Shown: positions 1 through 9,417 of the stretch, piece after piece | Numbering within the stretch: position 1 is the stretch's first letter | How the letters are laid out: every line of letters starts with the position of its first letter | Source of the DNA: Rhodothermales bacterium | GTDB taxonomy: Bacteria; Bacteroidota; Rhodothermia; Rhodothermales; JABDKH01 | DNA: 53,074 nt | Assembly (NCBI GenBank): GCA_041589075.1 | Contig: JBFHWK010000002.1 | Coordinates: 1-53,074, forward strand | Direction of reading: 5' to 3' | The notes under the pieces: generated by a model | The model's database searches: none | Told to the model about the DNA's origin: nothing | The model's input: only the letters and a program-made list of their open reading frames with translations | Made by a program: the position numbers and the translations under genes

Positions 1-774
1 ATGCACGATAGACTGGGGGTGTACGAGTACACGGATCTTGTCCGCCGAGAGACCGAAGAGCCATCGCGCCTCTATCACTTCGAGGCCCTTGTTCATCATG
101 GTTGCCGAGTCAATCGTGATCTTGTCACCCATCGACCAGTTAGGGTGCGCGAGTGCCTCTCCCACAGTGACCTTGTGAAGCGTGTCCTGATCGCGATCAC
201 GAAAGGGTCCACCGGAGGCTGTCAACACGAGCTCTTCAACCGCCGAGATGTCTTCACCGACCAGACATTGAAATATCGCGGAGTGCTCGCTGTCAACCGG
301 GATCAATGTGCCGCCGGATTCGTGCAAACATCGCCCCACGATCTCACCCCCCACGACGAGGGTCTCCTTGTTTGCGAGGGCGACCGTCTTGCCCGCCTCG
401 AGTGCCGACAGCACGGGGCCGAGACCGGCAAAACCCACGACCGCAGCCATCACGATATCGGCCTCCGGGAGTGCGGCTGCATCGTGAAGTGCCCCCTGTC
501 CCGCAGCCACGACAATATCGGTTCCGGCCAGCGCTCGACGCACATCACCGACACCGTGCTCGTCCATGATGACCGCCAGCCTGGGTCGAAACTCCAGCGC
601 CTGACGCGCGAGTAGTTCAGCGTTGCTGTACGCAGTCAGCACGGCAACATCGAACGCCTCCGGAAACAGCCGAACGATTTCCAGTGTCTGACAGCCGATT
701 GAACCGGTGGAACCGAGGATGCTCAGCGTACGACGGCGGCCGCGCGACGCCGATGGGAGGGATTGGGGAATCAT
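1..774 (-). CDS. dxr: 1-deoxy-D-xylulose 5-phosphate reductoisomerase, C-terminus cut by the window edge
   Basis: Absent from the ORF track because it runs off the left edge. The reverse complement of 1-774 reads without stops from the ATG at 774-772: MIPQSLPSASRGRRRTLSILGSTGSIGCQTLEIV...ALANKETLVVGG...PVDSEHSAIFQC...LTASGGPFRD...HPNWSMGDKITIDSATMMNKGLEVIEA. It carries the GSTGSIG NADPH motif and the DXR catalytic blocks. The 1-615 plus-strand ORF is its antisense shadow. Confidence 0.93.
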   Translation of the reverse strand, partial: MIPQSLPSASRGRRRTLSILGSTGSIGCQTLEIVRLFPEAFDVAVLTAYSNAELLARQALEFRPRLAVIMDEHGVGDVRRALAGTDIVVAAGQGALHDAAALPEADIVMAAVVGFAGLGPVLSALEAGKTVALANKETLVVGGEIVGRCLHESGGTLIPVDSEHSAIFQCLVGEDISAVEELVLTASGGPFRDRDQDTLHKVTVGEALAHPNWSMGDKITIDSATMMNKGLEVIEARWLFGLSADKIRVLVHPQSIVH

Positions 775-892
775 AGGCTTATGAGACAGACGCGTCATTG
801 ACCTCCAACGCGTCTGATTCGAGACATGGGAAACTTACAATCGACCGATGCAATATTAAACCACCTGGATAGGTCAAAGGGGCGTCCCAAGA

Positions 893-2767
893 ATGCATTT
901 GCCATCGAAAGCCGCGTTTGGAATCATCGCGATCGTGCTGTTGTGCGCTCAGTACGCAGCACCGCCCGTGTGCGTTGCACAGGAGGTCGACGAGTCCCTT
1001 GCGGGCAAGTTTGAACTTGCCGAGTCCTACATGAGGGCGGGTCAGTTTGACCGTGCCATCGGTCTGCTCGAAGATCTCTACAGCCGTCACCCGGACACCT
1101 ATGCCTTCTTCAACCGACTCAAAGACGCGTACGAGTCAACCAAGCGATACGACGACGCGATAGCCCTTGTGGAGCAGCAGATCGAACGCGAGCCGTTGCC
1201 GGTGGCGCGCTGGGCGGAGCATGGCAGATTGCTTTATCTGCAAGGCCACGAAGATCGAGCAGCTGCCAGTTTTGAGCGAGCAATTAACCTTGCTCCCGAC
1301 TCGCCGGCCACGTATCAGACGCTGCAACACGTGCTGGTGGAACTCCGCGTGTTTGATAAGGCAGTCGCACTCCTCGAGCAGGGACGTGACCGCCTGGGGC
1401 AGAGCCATCTTTTTGCAAGTGAACTGGGCTACCTCTACGGAATCGCGGGAAATCATGGGCGAGCCATCGAGGAATTCTTGACGTTGCTCGAATCCGATGA
1501 GCGACAGCTGGGACTCGTTCGGAGTCGCTTAACGCGAACGGGGCTGTCTAGCGAGGTTCTGAGGCAGAGTATCCCAGTGGTTGAACGTGCTGTCAGGCGT
1601 ACACCGCTGAACCGCTCCTATCGCGAGCTACTTGCATGGCTCTTCGAAGAGAACGAACAGTACGATCGCGCGCTGGAGGTGAACAGGGCCATAGACCGAC
1701 TCGAGTCGGAGCAAGGACGCGTGCTCTTCGCGTTTGCCGCTCGCGCATCGGGAGCCGGTGCATACGAAGCCGCCCTGGAGGCGTATCGAATTATACTCGA
1801 GCGATATCCGGAGTCGACGATGGGGTCTGAGGCCGCCCGAGGCATTGGACAGATGTATATGCGCTGGGCTAGGTCGAGTGGAGAGCGGGGCTTTGATGGC
1901 GACTCGACGCACCCAACTCCTCATTACGACCGCGCGTTGGAGGCCTTTCAGTCTTTCCTCGACCGCTTTCCTCGACACGGACTCTACCCGTACGTCCTGC
2001 TTGACGTGGCAAGGCTGCATCACGAGGTCTACTTCAATCTCGAGGCAGCACAACAGGCCTTTCAGGGAATCGTCCGTCGGTATCCCGGTCACCCCGTTTC
2101 TAGTGAGGCACAGTATGAACTGGGCCTAATCGCCGTTTCCCGCGGGCAACTCGATGATGCGCGGCTGGTCTTTGAGCGTCTCGTCGAAGAGCTTCGTGTC
2201 GGCGAGTATGCCGAGACTGCGCGGTACCAGATCGCGCTGGTCCATTTCTACCAGGGAGAGTTCGAAGCCGCCGCAACGCTGCTGGGCGCCATGGAGGAGA
2301 ATACGTCCATGGACGTTGCCAACGACGCAATCGAACTGAAAGTGCTATTGTTTGAAAACAAGGGCCCGGACTCACTGCAGACGCCACTTCGCGAGTATGC
2401 GCGCGCACGCCTGATGCTGCGTCAGCGCAAACTGAACGAGGCGGATGACGTTCTCGCTCGCATCAAACGAGATTTCGGCGGACATCCCTTGAGCGACGAC
2501 GCCGACTACTCCCGAGCCCACATTCTCCGGGAGCGCGGACGGCATCGGGAAGCGGTCGCGGCCTTTGGCGAAATACCGCTGCTCTATCCTGGCAGCTTCC
2601 TGGCCGATAGAAGCCTCTTCAATGCCGCGAAGATCCTCGAGGAGGATCTCGGAGACAACGAGCCGGCACTTGAATTGTACCAGCGAATTCTCACCGAGTA
2701 TCCCGGCTCTCTCCTGCTGAGCAATGTCCGTCGACGAATCAGAATTTTGAGAGGCGACGAGGTTTGA
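893..2767 (+). CDS. secreted tetratricopeptide-repeat (TPR) protein
   Basis: 624-aa ORF with an N-terminal signal-like segment (AAFGIIAIVLLCAQYAAPPVCVAQ). It has repeated TPR-like helical pairs (AESYMRAGQFDRAIGLLEDL, YLQGHEDRAAASFERAINLAP, YQIALVHFYQGEFEAAATLL). Its stop overlaps the next start (ATGA at 2764-2767). Confidence 0.8.
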   Translation: MHLPSKAAFGIIAIVLLCAQYAAPPVCVAQEVDESLAGKFELAESYMRAGQFDRAIGLLEDLYSRHPDTYAFFNRLKDAYESTKRYDDAIALVEQQIEREPLPVARWAEHGRLLYLQGHEDRAAASFERAINLAPDSPATYQTLQHVLVELRVFDKAVALLEQGRDRLGQSHLFASELGYLYGIAGNHGRAIEEFLTLLESDERQLGLVRSRLTRTGLSSEVLRQSIPVVERAVRRTPLNRSYRELLAWLFEENEQYDRALEVNRAIDRLESEQGRVLFAFAARASGAGAYEAALEAYRIILERYPESTMGSEAARGIGQMYMRWARSSGERGFDGDSTHPTPHYDRALEAFQSFLDRFPRHGLYPYVLLDVARLHHEVYFNLEAAQQAFQGIVRRYPGHPVSSEAQYELGLIAVSRGQLDDARLVFERLVEELRVGEYAETARYQIALVHFYQGEFEAAATLLGAMEENTSMDVANDAIELKVLLFENKGPDSLQTPLREYARARLMLRQRKLNEADDVLARIKRDFGGHPLSDDADYSRAHILRERGRHREAVAAFGEIPLLYPGSFLADRSLFNAAKILEEDLGDNEPALELYQRILTEYPGSLLLSNVRRRIRILRGDEV

Positions 2768-4053
2768 TGGGTCGAGCGATCAGGTCACGTCTCGCGAAAG
2801 TTGCCACCGCCACGTTGTTGTGGGTGGTGTGGGCAATGCCTGTCACCGGCCAGGACATTCTGATACCTATGGACGCCTCGCAGTCCAACCATCTCAAAGC
2901 GTACGGTGTCGCGTTCTGGTCGCTGGAGCGAGGCGTGAACGTCGACTGGTTGCTCAACTACCGCGGAGGGTCATTCCTTCTCGCGTCCTCGGTGGAGCTC
3001 GAGAACGAGTTGCGGGTCCGCGGCGTCACGTACACACGATCGTCAGCGGCCACGTCTGCACAAATCATCGCGGAGGTTGAGAACCCGGACGTTAATGCGT
3101 CGGTCGTGCGACTCGAGAAGGCCCCGCGTATCGCCGTCTACGCCCCGGAACAAACATTGCCATGGGACGATGCCGTGCTTCTCGCGCTCACGTATGCGGA
3201 AGTACCATACACAATGATCTATGATGATGAGATCCTCGATGGTGAGCTTGCGGAGTACGACTGGCTTCACCTGCATCATGAGGACTTCACTGGTCAGTAC
3301 GGTAAGTTCTACACGTACCGAGCAATGGCGTGGTACATCGAACAGCAGCGGAACGCCGAAGATACAGCGCGTCGACGCGGTTACAAGAAAGTCTCACGAC
3401 TGAAGCTCGCCGTTGCCGAGACCATTCGGGCGTACGTTACCCAGGGTGGCTTCCTCTTTGCGATGTGCTCGGGTACCGACACCTTCGACATCGCGCTGGC
3501 AGCACATCAGACCGATATAGTTCCGTCCGAGTACGACGGTGACCCCGTAAACACGGATGCGATTGCTCGGCTCGACTTCGGACACGGTTTTGCATTCCAA
3601 GACTTCACGCCAAGCTTCAACGCGAACAAGTATGAGCATTCAGATATCGACGTGGGTCCCCCTCCGCCGGCACTCCGGAATCCGGCCGTAGACTTCTTCA
3701 CGCTGTTCGACTTCAGTGCGAAGTGGGATCCGGTGCCGTCAATGCTGACACAGAATCATGTGCCGACGATCAAGGGCTTTGTAGGACAGACAACGGCCTT
3801 TCGAAAGAACCTTATTAGGCCGAACGTTGTCGTCATGGCAGAGGCGCCTGGACGAGACGAGGTAAAATACCTCCATGGAACGCACGGCGAGGGTACGTTC
3901 ACCTACTATGCCGGCCACGACCCGGAAGACTACATGCACTACGTGGGTGACCCGCCAACCGATCTAGACCTGCATAAGAACTCCCCGGGCTACAGGCTTA
4001 TCCTCAATAATATTCTTTTCCCGGCGGCAAAGAAAAAGAAGCAAAAGACGTAG
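2764..4053 (+). CDS. conserved secreted hypothetical protein, possibly with a class-I glutamine-amidotransferase-like fold
   Basis: 429-aa ORF with signal-like ATATLLWVVWAMPVTGQ, the conserved-looking block LIPMDASQSNHLKAYGVAFW, a FLFAMCSGTD segment resembling a nucleophile elbow, and a lysine-rich tail (AAKKKKQKT). It is translationally coupled to the upstream TPR gene. The function is not recognised. Confidence 0.7.
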   Translation: MMGRAIRSRLAKVATATLLWVVWAMPVTGQDILIPMDASQSNHLKAYGVAFWSLERGVNVDWLLNYRGGSFLLASSVELENELRVRGVTYTRSSAATSAQIIAEVENPDVNASVVRLEKAPRIAVYAPEQTLPWDDAVLLALTYAEVPYTMIYDDEILDGELAEYDWLHLHHEDFTGQYGKFYTYRAMAWYIEQQRNAEDTARRRGYKKVSRLKLAVAETIRAYVTQGGFLFAMCSGTDTFDIALAAHQTDIVPSEYDGDPVNTDAIARLDFGHGFAFQDFTPSFNANKYEHSDIDVGPPPPALRNPAVDFFTLFDFSAKWDPVPSMLTQNHVPTIKGFVGQTTAFRKNLIRPNVVVMAEAPGRDEVKYLHGTHGEGTFTYYAGHDPEDYMHYVGDPPTDLDLHKNSPGYRLILNNILFPAAKKKKQKT

Positions 4054-4173
4054 TAGTGCCACGGATGTGCTGATCGTCGGTGCAGCTTTTTGGCGTCGTA
4101 TATTAGCGCATCGGATCGGATCGCCCCACCGACCTCAGTCCGACCAAAGACGCACCGTCCTTCCCGGCCCGTA

Positions 4174-4716
4174 ATGAACGCGTCCAAGAATCGAACAAAA
4201 ACAGTGAGCCAATCTCGTTCGGTCATGAACGAGCTCGTGCTTCCAAACGACACCAACGCCCTCGGCAACCTTATGGGTGGCCGTTTGCTTCATTGGATGG
4301 ATATCTGCGCGGCGATCTCGGCGCAGCGACATACGAACCGCGTTTGCGTTACCGCGGCGGTGGACAATGTCGAGTTCCACTCACCCATACGCCTTGGAGA
4401 GATAGTCACCGTCGAAAGTCAGGTCAACCGCGTCTTCCGAACTTCGATGGAAGTCGAGATCAATGTCTGGGCAGAAAACCCGCGCACGGAGGAGCGGCGC
4501 AAGTGTAACAGGGCCTACTATACGTTTGTCGCCGTCGACGACGATTTGAAAGCGGTTCCCGCACCGCCGATAACGCCGGAATCGCCGGAACAGGAGGCCG
4601 CGTACGAAGAAGCGGCGCGGCGTCGGGAATTGCGACTCGTACTTGCAGGCCGCCTAGAAGTGCAAGACGCCACCTACCTTATGAAGGGCCTCCCCTTCTC
4701 GCGGATAAAACCATGA
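4174..4716 (+). CDS. acyl-CoA thioesterase (hotdog fold, YciA/BFIT-like)
   Basis: Motif run MNELVLPNDTNALGNLMGGRLLHWMDICAAISAQRH...VTAAVDNVEFHSPIRLGEIVTVESQVNRVFRTSMEVEINVW...AYYTFVAVDD. The track ORF starts at 4090, but the ATG at 4174 (MNASKNRTK...) gives the usual length. The start remains uncertain. Confidence 0.85.
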   Translation: MNASKNRTKTVSQSRSVMNELVLPNDTNALGNLMGGRLLHWMDICAAISAQRHTNRVCVTAAVDNVEFHSPIRLGEIVTVESQVNRVFRTSMEVEINVWAENPRTEERRKCNRAYYTFVAVDDDLKAVPAPPITPESPEQEAAYEEAARRRELRLVLAGRLEVQDATYLMKGLPFSRIKP

Positions 4717-5249
4717 GCCGATTAGTAACCAAGCAAGCCTCCGTCCTGGCACCGCTCCTTCTGCTGTTGTCTGCATCGCCATCCTTCGGCCAAACCGCCG
4801 AACACACCGACATGCAACCGCTGTCAGATAACGAGCAGCACGATCCTGCCGGTCGCGTCGGGATCGGCGCGCAGGTCGGGGATCCGACCGGACTCTCCTT
4901 GAAGCTATACCGGCGTACGACGAGCGGCGGACTGTTCGAATCCGCAAAAGCCTTTTCTTTCTTGGCCGCGTGGGACCTCGACAACTTCTTCTTCCTCAGC
5001 GCGCACGCGCTCTACGAACGCCCCATTCCTGACTCGCCGCTCAATTACTACCTGGGGCCGGGAGCGGTTGTCGGAATAGATGACCGCCGCGCGGGGGACG
5101 ATTTTGTCCTCGGTATCAGCGGCGCGTTCGGACTCAATTTCTTTACGGACCGATTCGAGGTTTTCCTCGAGCTGACCCCCTGGATTAAGCTGATCCCGGA
5201 GACCGACGGGTCGCTGGGCGGAGGCATCGGGGTCCGATACTACCCGTAA
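4713..5249 (+). CDS. small secreted protein, probably an outer-membrane beta-barrel
   Basis: 178 aa with signal peptide SVLAPLLLLLSASPSFGQ. It has alternating Gly/aromatic beta-strand-like segments (FVLGISGAFGLNFF, GGGIGVRYYP at the C-terminus). Its ATG overlaps the upstream stop (ATGA at 4713-4716). Confidence 0.6.
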   Translation: MSRLVTKQASVLAPLLLLLSASPSFGQTAEHTDMQPLSDNEQHDPAGRVGIGAQVGDPTGLSLKLYRRTTSGGLFESAKAFSFLAAWDLDNFFFLSAHALYERPIPDSPLNYYLGPGAVVGIDDRRAGDDFVLGISGAFGLNFFTDRFEVFLELTPWIKLIPETDGSLGGGIGVRYYP

Positions 5250-6172
5250 TGCTCTTCAATCGCATTCTCATAACAGGGGCCAACGGCCTTCTCGGCCAAT
5301 CACTTGTCGGCTTACTCAGCCGCTTTCCCGAGTACGACGTTCTCGCGACGGCGCGTGACGATGCACCACGTTATCGGGGTGGCTCCGGGGGCTATACCAC
5401 GCTGGACATATGTGACTACGAAGATGTCCGCCGAGTCTTTGCCGACTTCACGCCCGGCGTGGTTATTAACTGCGCCGCAATGACGTCTGTCGACGCATGC
5501 GAGGTCGAACGCGAGCAGTGCTGGCGGATCAACGTAGACGCCGTCGAGAACCTAGCACGCAACTGCCTCGGTAACGGAAGTCGGCTAGTACAGCTATCGA
5601 CAGACTTCGTGTTCGACGGCAAGTCCGGACCGTACCGAGAGTCCGACCGGCCCGAGCCGGTGAACTTCTACGGCAAATCGAAGCTTGCCGCAGAAAACGT
5701 TGTCCGTGGGGCTGGTCTCGACCGCTGGTCGATTGTGCGTACCGTCCTTGTCTATGGAACCGGCGTTGACCTGTCCAGGGCCAACTTCGGACTGTGGGTG
5801 ATCGATGAGTTGCGACGCGGTCGTCCGATCTCAGTCGTTACCGACCAGATCCGCACGCCTACGTTCGTAGATGACCTCGCCGCCGGTGTAGAACGCGTGG
5901 TTCGATTCAACAAGACGGGCGTCTTCCATATCTCCGGACGCGAGCAGATCTCCGTGCACGATTTTGCCGTGCGAATAGCCGAGAACTTCGAGCTGGACAC
6001 ATCCCTGATTCAGCCGGTGGATGCTTCAACGTTTACGCAGGTCGCGCGGCGACCGCCGGTTACGGGTTTCATTATTCTCAAGGCGGAAACCGAACTCGGC
6101 TTTAAACCGCGACCTACCAACGCCGCGCTGACCGAGTTGAGACGGCGCCTCGAGGTCGACGTTTCTACATAG
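5249..6172 (+). CDS. NAD(P)-dependent SDR, dTDP-4-dehydrorhamnose reductase (RmlD) family
   Basis: 307 aa with the N-terminal Rossmann motif ILITGANGLLGQ, followed by INCAAMTSVDACE, STDFVFDG, YGKSKLAAE (YxxxK) and an RmlD-like substrate-binding tail. Its start overlaps the upstream stop (TAATG). No other rml genes lie in the window. Confidence 0.8.
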   Translation: MLFNRILITGANGLLGQSLVGLLSRFPEYDVLATARDDAPRYRGGSGGYTTLDICDYEDVRRVFADFTPGVVINCAAMTSVDACEVEREQCWRINVDAVENLARNCLGNGSRLVQLSTDFVFDGKSGPYRESDRPEPVNFYGKSKLAAENVVRGAGLDRWSIVRTVLVYGTGVDLSRANFGLWVIDELRRGRPISVVTDQIRTPTFVDDLAAGVERVVRFNKTGVFHISGREQISVHDFAVRIAENFELDTSLIQPVDASTFTQVARRPPVTGFIILKAETELGFKPRPTNAALTELRRRLEVDVST

Positions 6173-6252
6173 AGTGCGGAAGTCATCAAGTCATTGTACT
6201 GCAAATAGTTACGGATACAACTTGATCGTGCTTATCACTTCAGAACGACCGG

Positions 6253-7530
6253 ATGATAGAACTCCAATTCATTCGTGAACACCCAGAGCGCGTACGAGAG
6301 GCCATTCGCCGGAAGGGTCTCGAAGATGTAGCGGTAGTGGATCGAGTGATCGAATTTGACCGCGATCGGCGCAACCACCTGAGCCGTCTCCAGGAGTTAC
6401 AGTCGCTCGCCAATGACGCTTCGCGTGAGATCGGCGAGCTGATGAAGGCGGGACGGCGTGATGAAGCCGAGGCCAAGATCCAGGAGTCTACCTCGCTCAA
6501 GGAGGAGATCAAGACGGGCGAAGAAGAGGCCCGGGGAATGGAACGGGTGCTCCGTGACCTGTTGCTTGAAATCCCAAACATCGCACACGAGTCTGTACCA
6601 GCGGGGAGCGGACCGGAGGATAATGTTGTTCTGGAGGAAATAGGCAAAAAGCCTTCGTTCGGCTTCGACCCGCTGCCGCACTGGGAGGTCAGCGAGCGCC
6701 ACGGCCTCGTGGACTTCGAGCGGGGCTCGAAAGTCACAGGTGCCGGATTTCCGTTCTATGTGAGAGACGGCGCGCGCCTGCAGCGCGCGCTCATCGCGAT
6801 GATGCTCGACATCGCAGTCGTACGGGGATATACGGAGGTTCAGCCGCCACTTCTGGTCAACGCGAACTCTGCTACCGGAACGGGCCAACTGCCTGATAAA
6901 GAGGACCAGATGTACGAGGTCGGCCGAGACGAACTCTTCCTCGTCCCCACGGCCGAGGTACCCCTCACAAACTACTTCCGGGACGAGATCCTCTCGGAGA
7001 ACGACTTGCCCGTCAAATTCTGTGCGTACACGGCCTGCTTTCGGCGTGAAGCCGGCTCCTACGGCAAGGAAGTACGGGGGCTGAATCGACTACATCAGTT
7101 TGATAAGGTGGAGCTTGTGCAGTGGGTCAAGCCTCAGCACAGCTACGACGCGCTCGAAGAGATGCGTGAGGACGCCGAGCATGTAATTAAACAACTGGGA
7201 CTCCCTTACCGAAGACTCCTTATGTGCACCGGCGACATGGGCTTCAGCCAGGCGAAGAAGTATGATCTCGAAGTTTGGAGCGCCGGTCAGGAGAAGTGGC
7301 TAGAGGTCTCCTCTGTTTCGAACTACGAGTCATTTCAGGCGCGGCGTATGCGGATTCGATACAAAGAAAAGCGACGCCAGAAGAATGAGTTCGTACACAC
7401 GTTGAACGGAAGTGCGCTCGCGCTGCCTCGGATTGTCGCAGCTCTCCTGGAAAACAATCAGACAGAAGACGGGACGGTGTCGATCCCATCTTCGCTTCGT
7501 CCTTATTTCGGCGCGGACACGATCGCCTAA
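6253..7530 (+). CDS. serS: seryl-tRNA synthetase
   Basis: 425 aa with an N-terminal coiled-coil arm (MIELQFIREHPERVREAIRRKG...). Class II motifs are present: FCAYTACFRREAGSYGKEVRGLNRLHQFDKVE, GDMGFSQAKKYDLEVW and HTLNGSALALPRIVAALLENNQ. Confidence 0.97.
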   Translation: MIELQFIREHPERVREAIRRKGLEDVAVVDRVIEFDRDRRNHLSRLQELQSLANDASREIGELMKAGRRDEAEAKIQESTSLKEEIKTGEEEARGMERVLRDLLLEIPNIAHESVPAGSGPEDNVVLEEIGKKPSFGFDPLPHWEVSERHGLVDFERGSKVTGAGFPFYVRDGARLQRALIAMMLDIAVVRGYTEVQPPLLVNANSATGTGQLPDKEDQMYEVGRDELFLVPTAEVPLTNYFRDEILSENDLPVKFCAYTACFRREAGSYGKEVRGLNRLHQFDKVELVQWVKPQHSYDALEEMREDAEHVIKQLGLPYRRLLMCTGDMGFSQAKKYDLEVWSAGQEKWLEVSSVSNYESFQARRMRIRYKEKRRQKNEFVHTLNGSALALPRIVAALLENNQTEDGTVSIPSSLRPYFGADTIA

Positions 7531-7802
7531 TAGTGCGCTATCGTACAAAGTGTTGTATCGGCTCGACGACAGTGTATAGTCGAAGCGGCTCGTTTTAGGC
7601 ACATCTCCCCCACCGACCAACCGTCGGGACGATTTAAAAGAACTTGGCCGCTGGTCGATTTCTGTACAAATAGTCCAACCACTCTCCCAGGTCCAGCGCC
7701 CCGAGCCAGAACGACGCATTTGGCTCGGCTCCATCAGGTATTCGTGCGGCGGCAGTATGGCGATGTCGGGACGACACCCAAAACATGCCACCTTCTTAGA
7801 GA

Positions 7803-9389
7803 ATGCCCAGCACTGCCGCAGCCACCGCTGTCCCACACCGCCTACGCCCGAACATCAGCGCCTCACTTGCCCCGTACTCGGGTCCGTGGACACGTCGTGA
7901 AGCACGACACCTCGTAGCGCGCACTCACTTCGGCGCCCTTAAGCGCGACGTCGACACCGCCCTCAATGACGGGCTGGCTGACAGGGCCGTCGACCGGATC
8001 GTAGATGACGCCATCGGATCTCCGTTGCCGGAAGCACCTCAGTGGTACGGCACCAACGGATCGACGGGCGTCAACGAAGTTTACGATTTGCAGCGGAGCT
8101 GGCTGCGCGAAATGCGGTCGGTTGGATTGAGCGAAAAAATGACCTCGCTATGGCACAACCACTTGCCCACGCAATGGGGAATCAATGAAAACAAGACGCC
8201 ACTCTCGATCGGACACCTTTGTTACGATTATTACAAACTCCTGCGGCAGCACGCCCTAGGCGACTTTCGCGAACTGATCGCGCGAGTCGGTCAAAATGCC
8301 TCGATGCTCCTGTATCTGGACGGTTATCTCAACGAGGCAAGCCACCCGAACGAGAATTACGCGCGCGAGCTGCTGGAGCTTTTTACGATGAGTCAGTATG
8401 GACCGGACGGCAGCACCAACTATACCGAGAATGACGTCAAGGAGATCGCAAGGGCTCTCACAGGATGGGTGGTGGCACCGAATCGGACGGCATCCTTTGA
8501 CCCGTCGCGCCACGATGGAGGCGGGAAGACCTTCCTCGGACAAACGGGCTCGTTCGGCTACGACGATGTAATCGACGTCGTTTTCAGTCAGCGCTCGGCG
8601 CAGATTGCCCACTTCGTCGGACTCAAGCTGTACACGTTCTTTGTTCATGCCGTGCCCGACGATACGACCGTTGCCGGCCTCGCGGCCGAGATAATAGCGG
8701 CCGATTTTCAGATTGCCCCCGTCCTACGGAAGCTGCTCAAGAGTGAGCACTTCTACCGCGCAACCGTCATGGGAGCGCGCATCAAGAGTCCGATTGAGTA
8801 TCTGATCGGATTTATTCGCGAGGGCGAGGTTGTGGCCACCGACGCACTGTGGGAGCGGATCCGCGATGAACTCAGCGCAATCAAGTTGGGCCAGGAATTA
8901 CTGAACCCTCCTAATGTAGCTGGATGGCCTGGACTGAATCCGCCCGACAGCAGCGGCAACCCCGGTCACCACACGTGGCTGACCACCAGTACGCTGCCGG
9001 ATCGCTGGAAAGTCGTCGCCGACATGATATACGAGCGCGGCGGTGCCTCATACGATCCTTTCGATCTCGCCTCTAAAGTCTCCGACCCAACGGATCCGTT
9101 TCGCTTGGCCGTCGACTTGGCGAGCACGCTGATCCCGATACCGCTTTCAGAAACCGGCATCCGCGAGATCGAGGAGCCCTTTGCCGGCGACCCGGCGACG
9201 ATACCGGACTACGTCAAGAACGCTCCGGCGCACGAGCAGAACCTTGCGAAGATCCTGCTCGACGGAACGCCCTACCACGAGTGGCCTGCCTCCATCGAAA
9301 CTCAGACTGCACGTGTTGACGAAGCGCGGCAGCTCATCCGCGCCTTCATAGTCTATCTCGTTCAACTGCCCGCTTACCAGCTCACCTAG
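7803..9389 (+). CDS. DUF1800 family protein (copy 1)
   Basis: 528 aa with blocks WHNHLPT, MLLYLDGYLN, NENYARELLELFTMS, IARALTGW, GGGKTFLGQTGSFGYDDVIDV, GARIKSPIEY and LNPPNVAGWPG. These match my recollection of DUF1800 and match copy 2 at 13408. No N-terminal signal peptide is visible. Confidence 0.85.
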   Translation: MPSTAAATAVPHRLRPNISASLAPYSGPWTRREARHLVARTHFGALKRDVDTALNDGLADRAVDRIVDDAIGSPLPEAPQWYGTNGSTGVNEVYDLQRSWLREMRSVGLSEKMTSLWHNHLPTQWGINENKTPLSIGHLCYDYYKLLRQHALGDFRELIARVGQNASMLLYLDGYLNEASHPNENYARELLELFTMSQYGPDGSTNYTENDVKEIARALTGWVVAPNRTASFDPSRHDGGGKTFLGQTGSFGYDDVIDVVFSQRSAQIAHFVGLKLYTFFVHAVPDDTTVAGLAAEIIAADFQIAPVLRKLLKSEHFYRATVMGARIKSPIEYLIGFIREGEVVATDALWERIRDELSAIKLGQELLNPPNVAGWPGLNPPDSSGNPGHHTWLTTSTLPDRWKVVADMIYERGGASYDPFDLASKVSDPTDPFRLAVDLASTLIPIPLSETGIREIEEPFAGDPATIPDYVKNAPAHEQNLAKILLDGTPYHEWPASIETQTARVDEARQLIRAFIVYLVQLPAYQLT

Positions 9390-9417
9390 CCGCCGACAAC
9401 ATCGAGAGCGAACGCTG

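Noticed and set aside
1-615. 204-aa plus-strand ORF at the left edge, with a nested 306-569 ORF
   Set aside because: It is Arg/His-rich with no recognisable motifs. The opposite strand encodes an unmistakable DXR reductoisomerase across the same bases, so this is an antisense artefact of high GC content.
7701-7728. Hairpin ccgagcca-(12 nt)-tggctcgg about 75 nt upstream of DUF1800 copy 1. A shorter one, ccgaag-aca-cttcgg, lies at 13372-13386 upstream of copy 2.
   Set aside because: The stems are short (8 and 6 bp), there is no sequence similarity between the two sites and no U-tract. Such hairpins are expected by chance in GC-rich DNA.
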